NCBI GenBank assembly: GCA_965226055.1
Contig: CBDDCA010000005.1
Coordinates: 448,001 to 512,000 of the forward strand
Length of the DNA stretch: 64,000 bases
Source of the DNA: Spirochaetia bacterium
Lineage (GTDB): Bacteria; Spirochaetota; Spirochaetia; WTKD01; G963693115
Reading direction: 5' to 3'
The notes under the pieces were generated by a model, which was not told the DNA's origin, ran no database searches, and saw nothing but the letters and a program-made list of their open reading frames with translations. The first letter of the stretch is position 1, and each line of letters opens with the position of its first letter. This document shows positions 61,249 to 64,000 of the stretch, piece by piece. Position numbers and translations under genes: made by a program.

Positions 61249-61568
61249 AGATACAGTATAACAAATATAATATATAAGGAGCAAAAAAATAGTGATTGAC
61301 AATAAAAACATAAAAATATGGTATAATATATCTATGAATAGTGGGGTGAGTAAAATGGATACTAAAAAAACTAAGAATACCTCTAGTAAAATCCCTTCTC
61401 TTAGTGTTAGCAAATATATGATAGCACAAGAAAACGCAAAAGAAAATACACAAAAAAAAATACCAAATTTTTTGAGGATTATAGTACCAAAAGTAATAAC
61501 CGCATTGTATACATGGCTTAAAAAATAATACCTACAATATAATACAAAAAGCATTCAATAATACTTAA

Positions 61569-62450
61569 CTAGAGTATTATCAAAAGAAATGCGAATGAGC
61601 AGAGTCCTACTATTACCCCGAAACGCAAAAATTTCCTTCCTTTAAAAAGCAAAATATCCTTTTTCTTTGCAATACCAAAACTCTCAGTTATTATATCTTT
61701 TTGTAATACTTTTATCATTTTTATTTTTGTCTTTATACTTCCCTTTCTATATAATTCATTCTTCAAAAATTCTTCAGGATTAAAGTACGGAAAACCCTTA
61801 CTTTCTATTGTTAATATAGTATAAAATTTCCACATTGACATTAGTATATATATACAAGAAATAAAAAAACATGATAGAAATAATGCAAACCACACTCTCT
61901 TTAGATTACCTAAATAAAATTCTTTATTTTGTTGTATTAGCTGCATCATGAATTCCATTGTTAGTATCTTACCTATTATCCATTTAATTCCCAATATTCC
62001 CAATATTCCCAATATTAGACAAATCAAAAAAACTATTGCTGCCACTATAAATCTCGAAAAGTCTTTATCTGAAATTGTTTCTTCTTTATCTTTTAGTGAA
62101 GATATAATATAAGTAATAGAAAGAATAACATAAGATACAAAACGAAATATAATAACAAGTACAACAAGTAATCCAATTACAAAGAATATATTACTCCAAT
62201 TAAATTTTAGCTGTGCCCATATATCCTTTATTTTTTGTGTCATATCTATTACCTCTGGTATCATCATCGCTATTAGTAGCATGCACCCTGTTAATAAAAA
62301 TATAGCTTTTGAATTATGCTTATCTGAGACTTTCCCTATACTATTAGTAAGTTTTACTGCATCATAGTGCATAAGGTTCAGTAGCTCAGTATCTTTTTCT
62401 AAACACTTCTCGTCTATATTGTCCCAATCTACTTCAATTTCTTCTTCCAT
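61569..62450 (-). CDS. Multi-TM membrane protein
   Basis: MEEEIEVDWDNIDEKCLEKD N-terminus shared with the neighbour; about 5 TM segments; ILG x3 encoded by a 9-bp tandem near 61987-62015. Confidence 0.75.
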   Translation of the reverse strand: MEEEIEVDWDNIDEKCLEKDTELLNLMHYDAVKLTNSIGKVSDKHNSKAIFLLTGCMLLIAMMIPEVIDMTQKIKDIWAQLKFNWSNIFFVIGLLVVLVIIFRFVSYVILSITYIISSLKDKEETISDKDFSRFIVAAIVFLICLILGILGILGIKWIIGKILTMEFMMQLIQQNKEFYLGNLKRVWFALFLSCFFISCIYILMSMWKFYTILTIESKGFPYFNPEEFLKNELYRKGSIKTKIKMIKVLQKDIITESFGIAKKKDILLFKGRKFLRFGVIVGLCSFAFLLIIL

Positions 62451-62542
62451 AGATACAGTATAACAAATATAATATGTAAGGAGCAAAAAAAAGAGCAAAC
62501 ATATCTTTCTTTATTTACTATAATAAAGAAATAAAGATCTAT

Positions 62543-63676
62543 ATGCTAGCAGAAAAAGTGCTTATCTGTGCCGTAGTAAAAGATGTTGCTGCACAAATAA
62601 AAAATAATATTAAACATGCAATAAAAACAGGGCTTCACTTCTCTCAATACCATATTATTATTTATGAAAATAATTCGCAAGACAACACGAAAAATATTCT
62701 TAAACAATACACAGATAAACATATCAGTATTATAAGTGAGGATATAACAGATACCGAACTTTTACAACTGCAAGAACAGTATAATGATTTCCATAAAGGA
62801 AAACCAACAAGAATTGAACAAATATGCTTTGCACGTAATAAAGTACTACAAGAAATCAATCTTCCTAAATATAATCATTTTACTCATGTAATTTGGATTG
62901 ACATGGATGCAAAAAGCTGGTCTATAGAAGGAATACTCAGCTCTTTTGAAAAAAAGAACATTTGGGATGTAGTATATGGAAACAGCTATCCATATTACGA
63001 TTACTTTGCTTTACGTTTACAGCACAATTCTTTCCTTAGTTTAGGGCCAGAAATTATGGGCGAAAGATGGTGGAAAGAATTAGACACAACAAAATTGGTA
63101 TGTAACAAAACCTCTCCATTTCATCCACGCATACAAACAGCAGAGCCTATTATGAACAATCAAAAGATAAATCAAATAAAAAAACAAAAAAAAATATCTT
63201 CTGTTCCACTAGAAAAAAACACACAAAAACAAGATCTTATCCCTGTACTTTCTGCATTTAACGGAATAGGAATATTTAAGAAAGATATTTTTAAGCAGTT
63301 TTCGTATCATTACCTTATCACTGATGATGTAAAACATATATATCGAAATTACATTCATTCAGAAACATATAAAAAATATCAATACAATATTGAACATCAC
63401 GATACCTACGCCTCTAAAAATGAAAAAGATACAAAAAGTAACATTGTATGGAAATATCGAGAATCAGATAAACCTATAGTATGTGAACATGTCCCTCTTA
63501 ATTTTTCCCTTATCAAACATCATTACAAAATATATATCAATCCATATATGACATATACCAAATATGTATCCTTAAAAACTAAAGTGCATAACAGCTTTCT
63601 ATTACTCACTATACTGCTAAGAAAAGGCATAGTATGTATAAGAATACTCTTTTCTATTTTTAAGAAAAAAAAATAA
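62543..63676 (+). CDS. GT-A fold glycosyltransferase (CAP59/GT69-like)
   Basis: IYENNSQDNT, FARNKVL, DxD motif WIDMD, VLSAFNGIGIFK, CEHV. Confidence 0.7.
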   Translation: MLAEKVLICAVVKDVAAQIKNNIKHAIKTGLHFSQYHIIIYENNSQDNTKNILKQYTDKHISIISEDITDTELLQLQEQYNDFHKGKPTRIEQICFARNKVLQEINLPKYNHFTHVIWIDMDAKSWSIEGILSSFEKKNIWDVVYGNSYPYYDYFALRLQHNSFLSLGPEIMGERWWKELDTTKLVCNKTSPFHPRIQTAEPIMNNQKINQIKKQKKISSVPLEKNTQKQDLIPVLSAFNGIGIFKKDIFKQFSYHYLITDDVKHIYRNYIHSETYKKYQYNIEHHDTYASKNEKDTKSNIVWKYRESDKPIVCEHVPLNFSLIKHHYKIYINPYMTYTKYVSLKTKVHNSFLLLTILLRKGIVCIRILFSIFKKKK

Positions 63677-63687
63677 ACATACATATA

Positions 63688-63716
63688 TTGCCACATTTTA
63701 CCGCTTACTATATACT
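63688..63716 (+). promoter_or_regulatory. Sigma70 promoter, leaderless arrangement
   Basis: TTGCCA, 17 nt, TATACT, 6 nt, ATG. Confidence 0.75.
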
Positions 63717-63722
63717 GTTGTT

Positions 63723-63959
63723 ATGGAGAAAAGTAATAAAAAACATGCTCTCATAGAACTAGTAGGAGCAACCTGTACCTCATGTGCTATTGGAATTGAG
63801 CATATGGCACAAAGGCTTCCTGGTATTGAAGATGTCTGGGTAGATAAACAAGCAAGCTGCATCCATATTGATTACGATGGTAATTTTGAAGAATTAGAAA
63901 AAATTTGTCATTTTGTTCATACTATTGGATATCAAGCAAATATAATACAAACAAGCTAA
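63723..63959 (+). CDS. Heavy-metal-associated (HMA) domain protein, CopZ-like
   Basis: GATCTSCA metal-binding loop; 78 aa ending GYQA. Confidence 0.85.
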   Translation: MEKSNKKHALIELVGATCTSCAIGIEHMAQRLPGIEDVWVDKQASCIHIDYDGNFEELEKICHFVHTIGYQANIIQTS

Positions 63960-64000
63960 ACTCTGAAATTATTCTTCAGCTACTATATCACTCTTAACAG

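Noticed and set aside
61249-61554. N-terminal extension of ORF 60628..61554
   Set aside because: The duplicated promoter and homology to the paralog place the start at 61248. The upstream hydrophobic frame may be AT-rich noise or a small remnant; unresolved.

Overview
AT-rich chromosomal segment of a spirochaete (phylum Spirochaetota), judged from the FlaB-type MVINHN flagellin and Borrelia/Treponema-like gene orders (tuf-S10, secY-rpmJ-rpsM-rpsK-rpoA-rplQ, flgN-flgK-flgL-fliW-csrA, mraZ-rsmH-ftsL-murF-mraY-ftsW-ftsQ-ftsA). The core content is ppdK, rnhA, the str/S10/spc/alpha ribosomal cluster (without fusA, adk, map, infA or rpsD), flagellar genes, tsaE/tsaB, infC, a dcw cluster ending at ftsA, and two tRNAs. 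The accessory content is two paralogous giant FN3-type surface lipoproteins (one with a G15 tract in its signal-peptide coding region, both with a T17 tract upstream), a Bdr-like repeat protein, an hsdS remnant, an IS remnant, an orphan DNA methyltransferase, a sigma-factor-like protein, a tandem GH73 pair and tandem membrane-protein paralogs. The leading finding is a single-polypeptide fusion of CrtYc/Yd-type lycopene cyclase domains to a CrtU-type aryl-carotenoid synthase, lying between two tRNAs. Other highlights are a leaderless 8-codon uORF coupled to the TTG start of infC, a recurring -10 box/6 nt/ATG leaderless architecture, a sigma28 promoter on an OmpA-GH73 hydrolase, and an apparent rearrangement junction that separates ftsZ and rpmI-rplT from their usual operons. 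All calls come from reading the sequence by eye; no database searches were run.
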